Positions 48,134-58,184 of a stretch of 64,000 nucleotides of DNA are shown here, one piece after another. The notes beneath the pieces were generated by a model that did not search any database, had not been told where the DNA came from, and saw only the letters and a list, made by a program, of their open reading frames with translations. The translations under genes and the position numbers were made by a program. Source of the DNA: a virus (taxonomy: Duplodnaviria > Heunggongvirae > Uroviricota > Caudoviricetes); IMG/VR virus record IMGVR_UViG_3300034102_002845. One strand, written 5' to 3'. How positions within the stretch are numbered: position 1 is the first letter of the stretch; every line of letters begins with the position of its first letter.

Positions 48134-49041
48134 CTCATACACACTCGCACCACCCCCCTAGGAAAAGAAGAGACATAATGGCTACCATGGCCGAAATGAG
48201 CTTCCACCTACCTAATGTCGTGCCAGAGAGACAGGAGCTTGTTGCAAACTTTATGGTAGAGCAACTTCGTGGTGCGCCCACGGTGCCAAACAACTACTCA
48301 AAACACCAAACAACAACCATGAGAATTGATCCTGTTATTTCCGTTTCCCTGCCTCGTGAAACTTGGTTGCTCATCAATGACCTTCTCAAGGAGAAGCAAG
48401 CGTCTTTCGAACGTGACATTGACCGAGTGGACGACATCGGCAGAGCCGACTACGCCCAGGTGTTAATTGACTACGCCGAACAATGCAAGCAAGCATCAGA
48501 CGAAATCTGTTTAGCACATTCCCTGGCGTCCTTCGACCTCTGAGTCCCACAATCCCCCGGTCAAATGTTATCTACTGACACACGACTTCAACTACAAACC
48601 ATTGCAGACCGAATCTCAAGAAACGATGAGGTTTCCTTTGAGGAGATTTCCCTTATTCAGAAATGGTCAGACCACAATCGCCACGCCTACGAGATCCTTC
48701 AGAGGGCGCGTCGGAGAGCAATCACGGGGGAGCCTGAGCCGGGGTCACTCGACGAACTTATCGACGGGATGAACCTCGGCTTTGCGGATCCTTCCTCTCA
48801 TTTAGTTGGACCACAGTCCCCAGACGATCTTGCAAACTTTTTCAGGGCTCCCTCGTGGCTGAGACATGACTAAGGGCCATGGTACTTCTGAGACACGGGC
48901 AGAGGCCAAGCTCGAGACTTTAGATCCCACAACCCCGTGGTACGAGTTTCTCTCCTACTGTGAAGCTTGTCGGAGCTTGAACGTGAAAGCGTCTGTTGGT
49001 CGCTTTACCCGTTACCAAAACTATATTCGAACAATTTCGCT

Positions 49042-49749
49042 ATGAGTTACACAGGACAGTTAATAACCTTTGAAGGTCTTGACGGCTGCGGAAAAACAAC
49101 CCAGCTCCACGCTGTGTTTGACTGGCTATCACGTAGTGGGAGACTACCCGAAGGGACCAAGGTTGTTACAACTCGAGAGCCAGGATGTTTACCAGGTGTG
49201 CGAGACTTGCTTAAGAACCCTAAGGCTGCGATCACACCGAAAGCCGAACTTTTACTGCTCATGGCCGACCGGGCTCAGCACGTTGCAACAGTAATAATGC
49301 CAGAGCTGGAAAAAGGTAACTGGGTGTTATGCGACCGATTTTACGCGAGCACCTTAGCCTATCAAGGGTGGGGACGAGGTTTGGGGCCTGAAGCGGTAGA
49401 GAAAGCCCACGAACTTGCCTGCGGAGTCTTGTACCCTGACTTAGAACTGTTTTTCGACGTCCCCGTTGATGAGTCTCTAAGACGACTCTCACGACGAGAA
49501 GGCGAAGGGCTGTCTGTCCGAGACAGATTTGAGCGTTCAGAACGACCTTTTTTCGACCGCATACTTACGGGATTTCAAAAGCCCAACGAACAACTGGGAC
49601 TGAAATGGTACCCCGTGGTTACAATCGACGGGTGTCAAACGGTTGATGAGATTACACGGGAATGCATACGACTAGTATCCAAGCTTCTGCCACGAGAGGC
49701 GAACTTCACGGACGTACCCCCGTGTCAAGTGAAAGATCCCGAGTTTTAG
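49042..49749 (+). CDS. tmk: thymidylate kinase
   Basis: LITFEGLDGCGKTTQ (P-loop), DRFYASTLAYQG, lid-region arginines. Confidence 0.85.
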   Translation: MSYTGQLITFEGLDGCGKTTQLHAVFDWLSRSGRLPEGTKVVTTREPGCLPGVRDLLKNPKAAITPKAELLLLMADRAQHVATVIMPELEKGNWVLCDRFYASTLAYQGWGRGLGPEAVEKAHELACGVLYPDLELFFDVPVDESLRRLSRREGEGLSVRDRFERSERPFFDRILTGFQKPNEQLGLKWYPVVTIDGCQTVDEITRECIRLVSKLLPREANFTDVPPCQVKDPEF

Positions 49750-49783
49750 TACTACACTTCTAAAGAAACCTACAAAGTTCGGC

Positions 49784-50224
49784 TTGAGCGGGAGACATCA
49801 TGGAGTCAGCCACGATCTTGCAAGACTGACGAAAAACTTTGTTAAAACTTCCACATTTGATATGAAACCTTTTCTACACGGGAGGATACATGCCAGAAAG
49901 TACGGAGGCTCTCCCGACGACTACGCCGACATCGACGACTTTATTGACAGTAGCAAGATTGCCTTTCCCGACATTCGTCACCGGGCATTGCTGCACTCGT
50001 CGTTCGGGTGTTTTGTCGTTGAGCAGATGTTCGGTCGCACACGCACAAACTCTGCTGGAATAACTTACTCTCCCCGAGACATCGCCGAAGATCACATTAT
50101 TCAAGACCTCGGGTTCATTCCCACGGTCGAAAAGTACCTGAAAAACATGGTTGCACAACCGTGGATGTCTGGCACTAACAAGTCACCCAACAAACAAACC
50201 AAATTCATTCCAATCGGAGACTAA
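49784..50224 (+). CDS. hypothetical protein carrying the 60-nt repeat unit
   Basis: Contains EQMFGRTRTNSAGITYSPRDI, encoded by the repeat at 50044-50104. Confidence 0.3.
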   Translation: MSGRHHGVSHDLARLTKNFVKTSTFDMKPFLHGRIHARKYGGSPDDYADIDDFIDSSKIAFPDIRHRALLHSSFGCFVVEQMFGRTRTNSAGITYSPRDIAEDHIIQDLGFIPTVEKYLKNMVAQPWMSGTNKSPNKQTKFIPIGD

Positions 50225-50227
50225 ACC

Positions 50228-50677
50228 ATGTCACAATCCCTCGACTTACTTATTCAAGAGTTTACAGAGCAACAAGAGAGATTCCAAAAGGTCGCACAGG
50301 AAAGGCTGAAAGAGTACTTTGCTGAGTTTTGGGAAAAGAACCCTGCCATCAAGGCCATACATTGGTCTCAGTACGCCCCGTATTTCAACGATGGGGATCC
50401 GTGTACGTTTAGCGTGCATGACCCGTACTTCACGAACGCCGAAGGAGACGACCTTGACGACTTGACACACTGGGGGGAGTACGACGGAGAGAAGGAGGGT
50501 GTGTGGTCAGACCAAGACCCTGAGTTCGACGGCGTGAACGTTGAGTCCACACAATCCCTGGCGAAACTACTCACATCAGGTGTTATGGAGCCGATCATGA
50601 AGATCATGTTTGGTTCTGACAACGTCATAGTTGCGACTCGGGAGGGTTTCAGCGTAGACTGCGCTGAACATGACTGA
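50228..50677 (+). CDS. hypothetical acidic protein
   Basis: 149 aa, strongly acidic (DDLDDLTHWGEYDGEKEG). Confidence 0.35.
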   Translation: MSQSLDLLIQEFTEQQERFQKVAQERLKEYFAEFWEKNPAIKAIHWSQYAPYFNDGDPCTFSVHDPYFTNAEGDDLDDLTHWGEYDGEKEGVWSDQDPEFDGVNVESTQSLAKLLTSGVMEPIMKIMFGSDNVIVATREGFSVDCAEHD

Positions 50678-50713
50678 CTTGGTGAAGGGGTTGAACGGTT
50701 AACCCCTACCTTA

Positions 50714-50757
50714 GGGCGGTTTACCCCCTTTGTTCTGCCCCACCGAAACGGTATAGT
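50714..50757 (+). promoter_or_regulatory. hairpin plus promoter cassette
   Basis: -35 ttgttc 50730-50735; -10 tatagt 50752-50757; ATG 50782. Confidence 0.5.
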
Positions 50758-50781
50758 TAAAGAGTCAATTCGACAACGAAA

Positions 50782-51312
50782 ATGCTTACCCAAACTGCTC
50801 AGCCCCTTGATAAGCAGCACGCTGGACAAATTCTCCTTCGTGCTACGCGATTCCTGACTGCACCCACCCTAAGCCCCCGACCCGACGGGTCTGTGAGGGA
50901 TGTAGCACTCGACACCCGCTGGTTGGGGCGAGACCTCGTTCGTGAAGTTTTCCGGGGCCGAACTGCTGACGAAACGGATGGAAAGTACGTGGACGTTGTT
51001 ACGGACACAGGGAAAAGGCTGCGAGTGTTCACTCGTGTTATTTCACGTAGAGCCAATAACGCACTGGTCGCACTTGCAGGGTCTCCTGAGATAAGCCCCA
51101 TCAACTTCGCAACTGAAGCGGATAAGCCAGACTCAGTCTTGCTCGTTGCTGTAAATCCTCAGCGAAACACTGTTGACGTCTTTGACTTCCCCCTTGAAGA
51201 CCGAGGCGGAAAGAAAGTGACCAGGGAGAACTTGGCTGTGTCCTGGTCGGTGAAAAGGCAGAGTTACGGTAAGCACCAAGCGAAACTCACATACAGCTAC
51301 AAAGCTAAATGA
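50782..51312 (+). CDS. hypothetical protein
   Basis: Follows the cassette at 50714-50757. Confidence 0.35.
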   Translation: MLTQTAQPLDKQHAGQILLRATRFLTAPTLSPRPDGSVRDVALDTRWLGRDLVREVFRGRTADETDGKYVDVVTDTGKRLRVFTRVISRRANNALVALAGSPEISPINFATEADKPDSVLLVAVNPQRNTVDVFDFPLEDRGGKKVTRENLAVSWSVKRQSYGKHQAKLTYSYKAK

Positions 51313-51372
51313 GATCTGCTAGTCTCTAGCAGCACTTTCACCGGGCAAGTGACGGTTAACCGAACCTTTCGA

Positions 51373-51417
51373 GGACGGTTTCCCCGCTTGCCCTTTTCAC
51401 TCGTAAGAAGCTATAGT
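51373..51417 (+). promoter_or_regulatory. hairpin plus promoter cassette
   Basis: -35 ttgccc 51388-51393; -10 tatagt 51412-51417; ATG 51424. Confidence 0.5.
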
Positions 51418-51423
51418 ATTTGT

Positions 51424-52029
51424 ATGGAACTAAAATCGACCCTTTCTGAGTCGTTCTTTCGCCGGTTCTGCCCAGATCCCACGGTGATGTACGATCTTGG
51501 AGAGATTTACGCAGAATTTAACGCCCTCTACTTCAACGGGGGCTTACCAATTCTTCCTTGTAAGACTCGGATAGACGAAAACGGAGAAACTTGGTCGCGA
51601 TATGACACTCTAAAGTGGGATGGTCGCATGGGTCGCAGAATCCTGGGCACATACAAAACGTCTGCACGACGCGGATTTGGAACCATTCGACTCTCTCGCG
51701 TAATTGCAGGTGACCCTGTAAAAACAAGAAGCATTCTCCTGCACGAGATGCTTCACAAGTACCTTGATTTTGAGTGTCGAGACGACGGGATTAAGGGCCA
51801 CGGTGAAAATTTCGTGAAGGAGGCAAAGAGAATCAACAAACTTTGTGAAAGCACTGGAGTTAAGCACCGCATTCAATTCTACGACGAAGAGATTACACAG
51901 AGTTATCCGTTTGTTTTACCAGAGCTTCTGGGAGACAAAGTTCATTGCAGCAAAGACCTCGATATCGCTCGCAACATGCAGTCTGTGATGAGGGCCGCGT
52001 TCTCACAAAAATTCGAGTACTTTCAGTGA
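51424..52029 (+). CDS. SprT-like zinc metalloprotease-domain protein
   Basis: ILLHEMLHKYL HExxH motif in a SprT-like context (YFNGGLP...). ATG 7 nt after the cassette. Confidence 0.45.
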   Translation: MELKSTLSESFFRRFCPDPTVMYDLGEIYAEFNALYFNGGLPILPCKTRIDENGETWSRYDTLKWDGRMGRRILGTYKTSARRGFGTIRLSRVIAGDPVKTRSILLHEMLHKYLDFECRDDGIKGHGENFVKEAKRINKLCESTGVKHRIQFYDEEITQSYPFVLPELLGDKVHCSKDLDIARNMQSVMRAAFSQKFEYFQ

Positions 52030-52529
52030 GACCTTCGGGTCTCTTTTTATTTCAACCAAAACATGTACTATGAGACCTAAACAAGAACAATTGAACGAAT
52101 GGGGAGAACGTTACTTCTGTGAAGACCAGTCTAAAACCGAACTTTTTGTGCAAGAGGTGGCAGAGTGGGTAGTCAAGGAAATTGCACAGGAGTTTGACAG
52201 GAAAGAACAAGCAGGTGCAAAAGGTTACGGGCCAAGTGTTCCCGCTAAACTAGTACGACAGTTTGGTTCGCCACCTGGTCCAACACTGAAGCAGCTTTCC
52301 TTGCTTGCTCTAAACGAACTTGTGCCTCTCGAGGACAGGGAGAAAAGTTCATACAAGCTGCTGTTAACCGTTATTTCAACCTTGCCCGAGACACCAACCA
52401 ATACTCTTTAAGAGTGTGTGATTGATGTTAATTAGTGACACCTTTTACTAGGGTCAACTCTTTTGTTTAGTCGCAAGAAAAAGAGCCAGTTAACCTCGTT
52501 GGGTAATAATTCATCCTGATCAACCGAAG

Positions 52530-54017
52530 ATGACTTTTGAGACAGAAAATTTAACGAAGGGTTCTAAAGCCGCTTCACCCGGAAATGAAAAATGCAACGA
52601 TAACTGTTCTGTAAGTGAAGCCGTTGTCTGTGATTTACGCTCTCGCCAAGAGCCCCGCCGAATCGACCTCGACAAACTATACGAGTGCGACCCGAAAGAC
52701 TACATTGGCTATTTCGCCGACGAAACTTCTTACGACAATCTTATTCAAGAAGACTGCGACGTTTATGTGGGCGGAGTGAAAGTTGTTGCCTTTCGTAAGG
52801 CACTTTTTCCAAAGCTGCGCGATGGTTCGAAAGGTAGCCCGGAAACTTGGAAATACTTTCGCTGGGCAGCAAGAGACTTGTACTCCGACCAACGAGGTCT
52901 AGTTGCGGGTAAAGAACTAACTACTCAACTCGAGATAAGGGTAACAAACGGTATTCTAAACTTCTTCAAGAAGGCGATGGCCGGTCAAGTCACTGACGTA
53001 GAAGAGGCACTAAAAATTGCTTCTCTCTCCCCCGACATGTCAAAGCTCACTGTCCGAGTGAATGATGTTAAAAAGGACTTCCCAGAAATTGAGAAAGCTT
53101 TAGAACCTATCGAGAAGGAACTTCGCAAGAAAACGCTGAGCGAAGAAAGAAAAGTAGAGCTGAAGGAAGCGAAGGGTAGGGAACTTGCGAAGTGGTTCCC
53201 GACTTGGCTGTCTGAGACTTGGAGTGCGTCTAAGGACAAGGTTTCTGAGGCGAAACGTGCCGACGACAGATACGTGGGAAAACAATACCGTTCAAACAAG
53301 TGCTATTCCAACGTGATTGGTGCTTTTGATAGGGGTGCACGTAACCCCTACGGTCGACTAACTGCAACTACCGTTCGAGATTACGAAGGGTTCGTCAGTC
53401 ACACTGATATTTATCAAACCGCTTGTTCCGCACTCAAAGAGACCCTAAACACTCCTGAAAACCCTCGGTGGGACCGCCTTAACGAACGGTTCAGTAACGT
53501 GAAAGACCCGCACTACAACCTGTTCGGGACGGTATTCACTGCCCTAACGCTAAACTGGAATTTCCGCTGTGCGATGCACTACGACGGAAATAACTGTGAA
53601 GGGGGTATCGCCGTTCTTACCGCAATTACTCAGGGCGAATATGACGGCCATTACCTTGTGTTCCCTGAGATCCGTTGCGCTTTTGACCTTCGCGACGGAG
53701 ATTTCATTGCAGGCGACAACCAGGGCTTGATTCACGGCAACACCGCGATGATCCCGAAAACTCCGGACGCTGAACGAGTGTCGTTCGTTTTCTATTCACG
53801 AGAGCGCATGACCGTTCTTGACGACATGGAGTGCGAGGACTGCCGCCGAGATTTCATGCGATACGCGGCAGACAACCACAAGGAATACGGAAAGGGTCAC
53901 AAGACCTGGAATGGTGTCTGGAGCGGAATGTGGAAATCACCGGAATGGATGTCGTATAAAGCCGAACACGGCATGGAACGTTGCTCAAACACCAACTACT
54001 GGGGCACCGAGAATTGA
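52530..54017 (+). CDS. large protein with C-terminal 2OG-Fe(II)-oxygenase-like HxD...H core
   Basis: AMHYDGNNCEGGIAVL ... GDNQGLIHGNTAM with ~55-aa spacing. The N-terminal 300 aa are uncharacterised. Confidence 0.35.
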   Translation: MTFETENLTKGSKAASPGNEKCNDNCSVSEAVVCDLRSRQEPRRIDLDKLYECDPKDYIGYFADETSYDNLIQEDCDVYVGGVKVVAFRKALFPKLRDGSKGSPETWKYFRWAARDLYSDQRGLVAGKELTTQLEIRVTNGILNFFKKAMAGQVTDVEEALKIASLSPDMSKLTVRVNDVKKDFPEIEKALEPIEKELRKKTLSEERKVELKEAKGRELAKWFPTWLSETWSASKDKVSEAKRADDRYVGKQYRSNKCYSNVIGAFDRGARNPYGRLTATTVRDYEGFVSHTDIYQTACSALKETLNTPENPRWDRLNERFSNVKDPHYNLFGTVFTALTLNWNFRCAMHYDGNNCEGGIAVLTAITQGEYDGHYLVFPEIRCAFDLRDGDFIAGDNQGLIHGNTAMIPKTPDAERVSFVFYSRERMTVLDDMECEDCRRDFMRYAADNHKEYGKGHKTWNGVWSGMWKSPEWMSYKAEHGMERCSNTNYWGTEN

Positions 54018-54035
54018 GTCCTAAAGACTACCAAA

Positions 54036-54533
54036 GTGGCATTTAACGAACGAAACACAGCATTACTAACAATGGACACAAACAAACAGCTTAACGGTGG
54101 CGATGCGGAGCGGCAAGTTGCCTCGGGGATTAATGACCCCCGTGAATCAACAACACCCATTACAGACGAACAAATGTTCGGTCGCACCCGTACAAACTCT
54201 GCGGGAATAACTTACTCCCCCCGAGACATCGACGCGGAGCGGCAAGTTGCCTCAGGGATTAGTGACCCCCGTGAAGCACCAACCGCCATTACAGTGGAAC
54301 TCCCTGTAAACTTCGCTGAGGCTTTTCGATCGCTCGCTGAAAGAGAGGGGTTGTCGGAGGGTGACCTTATTGTACGATCGCTCGGGCTCTACTCCGTTGC
54401 ATCTCAAGCCGAGAGTGAAGGGTACGGACTGACGTTTACTCGTATTGAGGGAACCAACGACCTGACCGCCAAGGAAGCAATTCGCATCGAAGATGAGCCT
54501 GTTTCAAACTTGTTTATTCCGGGTAAGAGGTGA
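54036..54533 (+). CDS. repeat-containing protein
   Basis: Tandem DAERQVASGI(N/S)DPRE(S/A)(T/P)T(P/A)IT units flanking a copy of QMFGRTRTNSAGITYSPRDI. Confidence 0.35.
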   Translation: MAFNERNTALLTMDTNKQLNGGDAERQVASGINDPRESTTPITDEQMFGRTRTNSAGITYSPRDIDAERQVASGISDPREAPTAITVELPVNFAEAFRSLAEREGLSEGDLIVRSLGLYSVASQAESEGYGLTFTRIEGTNDLTAKEAIRIEDEPVSNLFIPGKR

Positions 54534-54577
54534 GACGGTTTCCCGCCCTTGTCTCTGCAGCGTATACACGGTAAAAT
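54534..54577 (+). promoter_or_regulatory. hairpin plus promoter cassette
   Basis: -35 ttgtct 54549-54554; 17-bp spacer; -10 taaaat 54572-54577; ATG 54587. Confidence 0.5.
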
Positions 54578-54586
54578 TAGCCACAG

Positions 54587-55180
54587 ATGGAAATATACTT
54601 TAGCACAGACGTTGAGACCGACGGACCGATCCCCGGACCTAACAGCATGCTTTCGCTCGGGTCGGCTGCGTTTTCTCCTGAAGGAGAAATCTTGGGCACC
54701 TTCTCTGTGAACTTAGAGACCCTCCCCGGAGCCGAACCGGACCCCACTACCCAAGCGTGGTGGGAGTCTCACCCGGAGGCCTACAGAGCAACCAGAGAGA
54801 AGGTTTTACCTGCCGACCGAGCCATGCTCGCCTTTTCTCAATGGGTCAGTGCTACAGCAAGCTCGTTCTCTCAAGCGAATGTTCGAAAAGTTTCTCCAGT
54901 GTTCGTGGGTTTTCCTGCAGGGTTTGACTTTCTTTTCGTGTATTGGTACCTTATTCGGTTCACTGGACAGTCCCCATTTAGCTTCTCGGCGCTTGACGGT
55001 AAGACCTATGCTATGGCCTTGCTCAAAAGAGGATACCGGGAGTCCACCAAACGGAACTACCCGAAAGAGTGGTTTCCCCTCGAAAACAAGCATACTCACA
55101 TCGCTGTAGAGGATGCTATTGAACAAGGTCGTATTTTCTGCAATATGCTTCGATCCAATCTTGACTCTACGTGTCAATGA
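54587..55180 (+). CDS. DEDDh 3'-5' exonuclease (DnaQ/RNase T/oligoribonuclease-like)
   Basis: Exo [12 protein letters not shown], Exo II region, Exo [14 protein letters not shown] (H-x4-D). Confidence 0.7.
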   Translation: MEIYFSTDVETDGPIPGPNSMLSLGSAAFSPEGEILGTFSVNLETLPGAEPDPTTQAWWESHPEAYRATREKVLPADRAMLAFSQWVSATASSFSQANVRKVSPVFVGFPAGFDFLFVYWYLIRFTGQSPFSFSALDGKTYAMALLKRGYRESTKRNYPKEWFPLENKHTHIAVEDAIEQGRIFCNMLRSNLDSTCQ

Positions 55181-55365
55181 CTAACAAAGTTAAAGAGTGC
55201 TGCGAAAAACTTAGCTTGTCCCTGAAGTTAAGGGGAGAGGGAAACGAGGACGCGGAGGAGGCCTTGCTCGACGAGCTTGACCTTCTTTGGCTGAAGTTGT
55301 CGAGAGAAGAGACCCAGTGGGTTAATGCCAATATACTGTCGTTGTTACCTAACTAATTACCCACC

Positions 55366-56130
55366 GTGATGAAAAATCCTACTTTCCTACTCCAGTCCGG
55401 AGGACCACTACAAACCGAAAAGGTTGCGTGTAGCTTCTCCTGTTACCCCGTTCGATATTGCTCGTTTGATGATCTGTCGAAGTTAGACCCTAAAGGTTTC
55501 ATGGCTACATTGATTCCTGTGGGATCGGTGGAATTTGTTCAAGCTTACAGTGAACACGTAGGTATTGTGCTACCTGAGGACTTTTCCTACGGGTGTAATG
55601 GAGAACTGAAAAAGTACCTTATGAGGTCCGTTCGACAAGGAGTGTACGGTGAAGCAACCTTGGAAGACTTTGTGAAGCCAACCGCAATAAAGTTGTTTAC
55701 CGGGGACATCAAGAGAGAGCTCGAACTGAAGATACCTGGACTAATTTCTGATAACACTTCAGTGTGGGTCTCTCAGGCTGTGCCCTTTGAGTCGGAATTT
55801 CGGTTCTACATTCACGACTTCATTGGGGGTGGTAAAATTCAGGGGTGGTCGCGGTATGACGACAAGCCCGTAAGAAACCCTGAACCTGACTTTGGCCTGG
55901 TTGAAGAGATTATGGGTGTGCTAGAGGCAAATATTGCGCCCGGTGCTTACACGATTGACATCGGCTGGAGGCCTGACCTGAATCGGTACTGCCTAGTTGA
56001 ACTTAACGATGCGTGGTCACTGGGATTTTACGAAAATAGTGACCCGCAATCGAACCCACCAACTCGACAGCAGTACGCTGACATGCTGGTGTCTCGCTGG
56101 AGACAAATTATCTTTTGCAACTTAGTTTAA
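55366..56130 (+). CDS. ATP-grasp-fold enzyme (tentative)
   Basis: C-terminal YCLVELNDAW resembles the E-x-N Mg-binding motif of ATP-grasp ligases. Low-complexity evidence only. Confidence 0.35.
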   Translation: MMKNPTFLLQSGGPLQTEKVACSFSCYPVRYCSFDDLSKLDPKGFMATLIPVGSVEFVQAYSEHVGIVLPEDFSYGCNGELKKYLMRSVRQGVYGEATLEDFVKPTAIKLFTGDIKRELELKIPGLISDNTSVWVSQAVPFESEFRFYIHDFIGGGKIQGWSRYDDKPVRNPEPDFGLVEEIMGVLEANIAPGAYTIDIGWRPDLNRYCLVELNDAWSLGFYENSDPQSNPPTRQQYADMLVSRWRQIIFCNLV

Positions 56131-56218
56131 CCACCAGATAACACAGTCGGAGATAAGAGGACGCAGCAGACGTCTACTCTTGACGCTCCAACAACAGTCA
56201 CATCAACTGCACTCAAAT

Positions 56219-57046
56219 ATGGACTATCAGATTGCCATCCCAACTTACGGACGGCCCGAGGGAGTGAAGAAACTCACTCTAAATTACCTTGAAAAAACAG
56301 ACATTAATTGTTCCCACGTGACTTTGTTCGTGGCAAACGATGAAGAGAAGGAAGATTATCAGAGTTCAAACCCCACCTACAATATCGTTGTTGGTGAAAA
56401 GGGTTTGACAAGACAACGTCACTTCATCTCTAACTTTTACGACAAAGGGACTCCTATTTTTTCGTTCGACGACGACGTTAGCGCCGTTGAGGAACTTGAG
56501 CTTCTGGAGAATCTCGAGGGAACTCAGAAGCCACTCGACCACCCGTGTCGCCTGAAAACCGTGGTGGAGCTATCAGAGCTTATTGATCGAGGATTCCGAA
56601 TGTGCAAGCGGCGCGATATTGGCCTGTTCGGTTTCTATGCCGTTCGCAACAAGGGTTTTCTTCACCCAAAGGTGACTGTGGGGCTCAAGTTCATTATGGG
56701 CCACGCATTTGGTTTCTACGCAGGCGACCCAGCCTTTGAGCTAATCACTGAGTACAGTATGAAGGACGACTACTTCTTGTCTCTGTACCACACTGTTAAC
56801 GGAAACGGGACACTGCGATTCGACAACATTTGTGTGAAAGCTAAACAGCACACAGGGGGTGGCGGAACCTGTGAAGACCTGGAGCGAAAGCTTCAGATCA
56901 ATAATCAAACCGTAGAGAAACTTTGTGCCGAGTTTCCTGACCTCGCGAGTCCAAAGAGCCGTCGAACAAAGGATGAGTGGCTTTCCCGGTACTCTGAAAT
57001 CCGCCTCAAAACCATCACAAACGAGACAATCTCAGTGTTTAACTGA
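56219..57046 (+). CDS. GT-A fold glycosyltransferase (family 2-like)
   Basis: IAIPTYGRPE N-terminal motif and FSFDDDV DxD motif. Confidence 0.5.
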   Translation: MDYQIAIPTYGRPEGVKKLTLNYLEKTDINCSHVTLFVANDEEKEDYQSSNPTYNIVVGEKGLTRQRHFISNFYDKGTPIFSFDDDVSAVEELELLENLEGTQKPLDHPCRLKTVVELSELIDRGFRMCKRRDIGLFGFYAVRNKGFLHPKVTVGLKFIMGHAFGFYAGDPAFELITEYSMKDDYFLSLYHTVNGNGTLRFDNICVKAKQHTGGGGTCEDLERKLQINNQTVEKLCAEFPDLASPKSRRTKDEWLSRYSEIRLKTITNETISVFN

Positions 57047-57117
57047 GCACCAAGGCGGTTTTCCGCCCTTTACTGTATGATCCTCCTCCCTATGTTTAGA
57101 ATAGCTTCCGGCTACCA

Positions 57118-57474
57118 ATGATTCCCGACCCGAAGAAAACCATCGTTTTCGATGTTGACGACACCATCCTCACAACAGAAAACCGCGATTACGAAAACTC
57201 TCTACCGAAGATGGAAGTAATTGTGGGTATGCGAGCAATGAAGGACGCAGAGTGGACGATCGTCTTGAATACCGCGAGGGGAATGGGTCGTTCAGACGGC
57301 GACATCGAAAGAGTGAGACAAGAAGTTATCGAGGAAATCGAAAAGTTCTGCACTAAATTCGATGTACCCTACGATACCATTTTGGTTGGAAAACCTTGGG
57401 CGGCATACTACGTAGACGACAAAGCACTGACCCCCGCTCAATTCTCCGCAAAATACAAGGAAATCGCACAATGA
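57118..57474 (+). CDS. HAD-superfamily phosphatase-like protein
   Basis: IVFDVDDTILT DxDxT motif and LNTARG motif II. Stop overlaps the start of the next gene (ATGA). Confidence 0.45.
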   Translation: MIPDPKKTIVFDVDDTILTTENRDYENSLPKMEVIVGMRAMKDAEWTIVLNTARGMGRSDGDIERVRQEVIEEIEKFCTKFDVPYDTILVGKPWAAYYVDDKALTPAQFSAKYKEIAQ

Positions 57475-58184
57475 AGAACGCACTAATTCTTGCTGCCGGT
57501 CGTAGTACTCGGTTTGGCCGAAACAAACTTGAGGAAAAGTTTGACGGGATGTCACTTCCTTACCTGGCTGCCAAGTTCGCTCTTGAAAACGGTGCGGAAA
57601 ACATCTATCTGACGCTCTCGCGCTCGGCGATTAAGACCGACGGGACACGCATCTACCATCCTGTTCTAGATGAAGTTTCCAAGATTTGCGACCCGATTGT
57701 TCGTTTCCAGAGTGAGGAAACTTACGGACCAGGCGCTGCGATTACCACGTGGGCAGGCGTGATCAATGGTCCGTTCACTGTTCTGTTTGGGGATAATTAC
57801 TACCACGGAACGATCCCCCATGCCGAACGAGTTTTACTTGGCTCTGACCTTGAGAACTCAGTGTGGTTTTCATATCTTCATAAGTCACTAAATCCACGAA
57901 ATCTTCAACTCGCCACAGTAATCGACAACTATGTGATTGAAAAACCACACGGACAACTCGAAGGCCGTTACTTCTGTGGTTTTGCCCGTTTCCCTGCGGG
58001 ATACCTTGACACCATTGGTGACCTTCGCAAGAGCGACCGTGGCGAGGTTGAAATTACGGATATGATAAACATGGCGGAGCATCGTCAAGCAGTATCACTT
58101 TCTTCCATGGGTGTGATATGGGGAGACTTAACTTACGAGGCGGATTGCGCTCGCATTCGGGAGCTTGTTAGTGAAGGGAAGTAG
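57471..58184 (+). CDS. sugar-phosphate (MobA/GlmU/LicC-like) nucleotidyltransferase
   Basis: MKNALILAAGRSTRFG is the canonical NTP-transferase G-rich loop. Confidence 0.6.
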   Translation: MKNALILAAGRSTRFGRNKLEEKFDGMSLPYLAAKFALENGAENIYLTLSRSAIKTDGTRIYHPVLDEVSKICDPIVRFQSEETYGPGAAITTWAGVINGPFTVLFGDNYYHGTIPHAERVLLGSDLENSVWFSYLHKSLNPRNLQLATVIDNYVIEKPHGQLEGRYFCGFARFPAGYLDTIGDLRKSDRGEVEITDMINMAEHRQAVSLSSMGVIWGDLTYEADCARIRELVSEGK

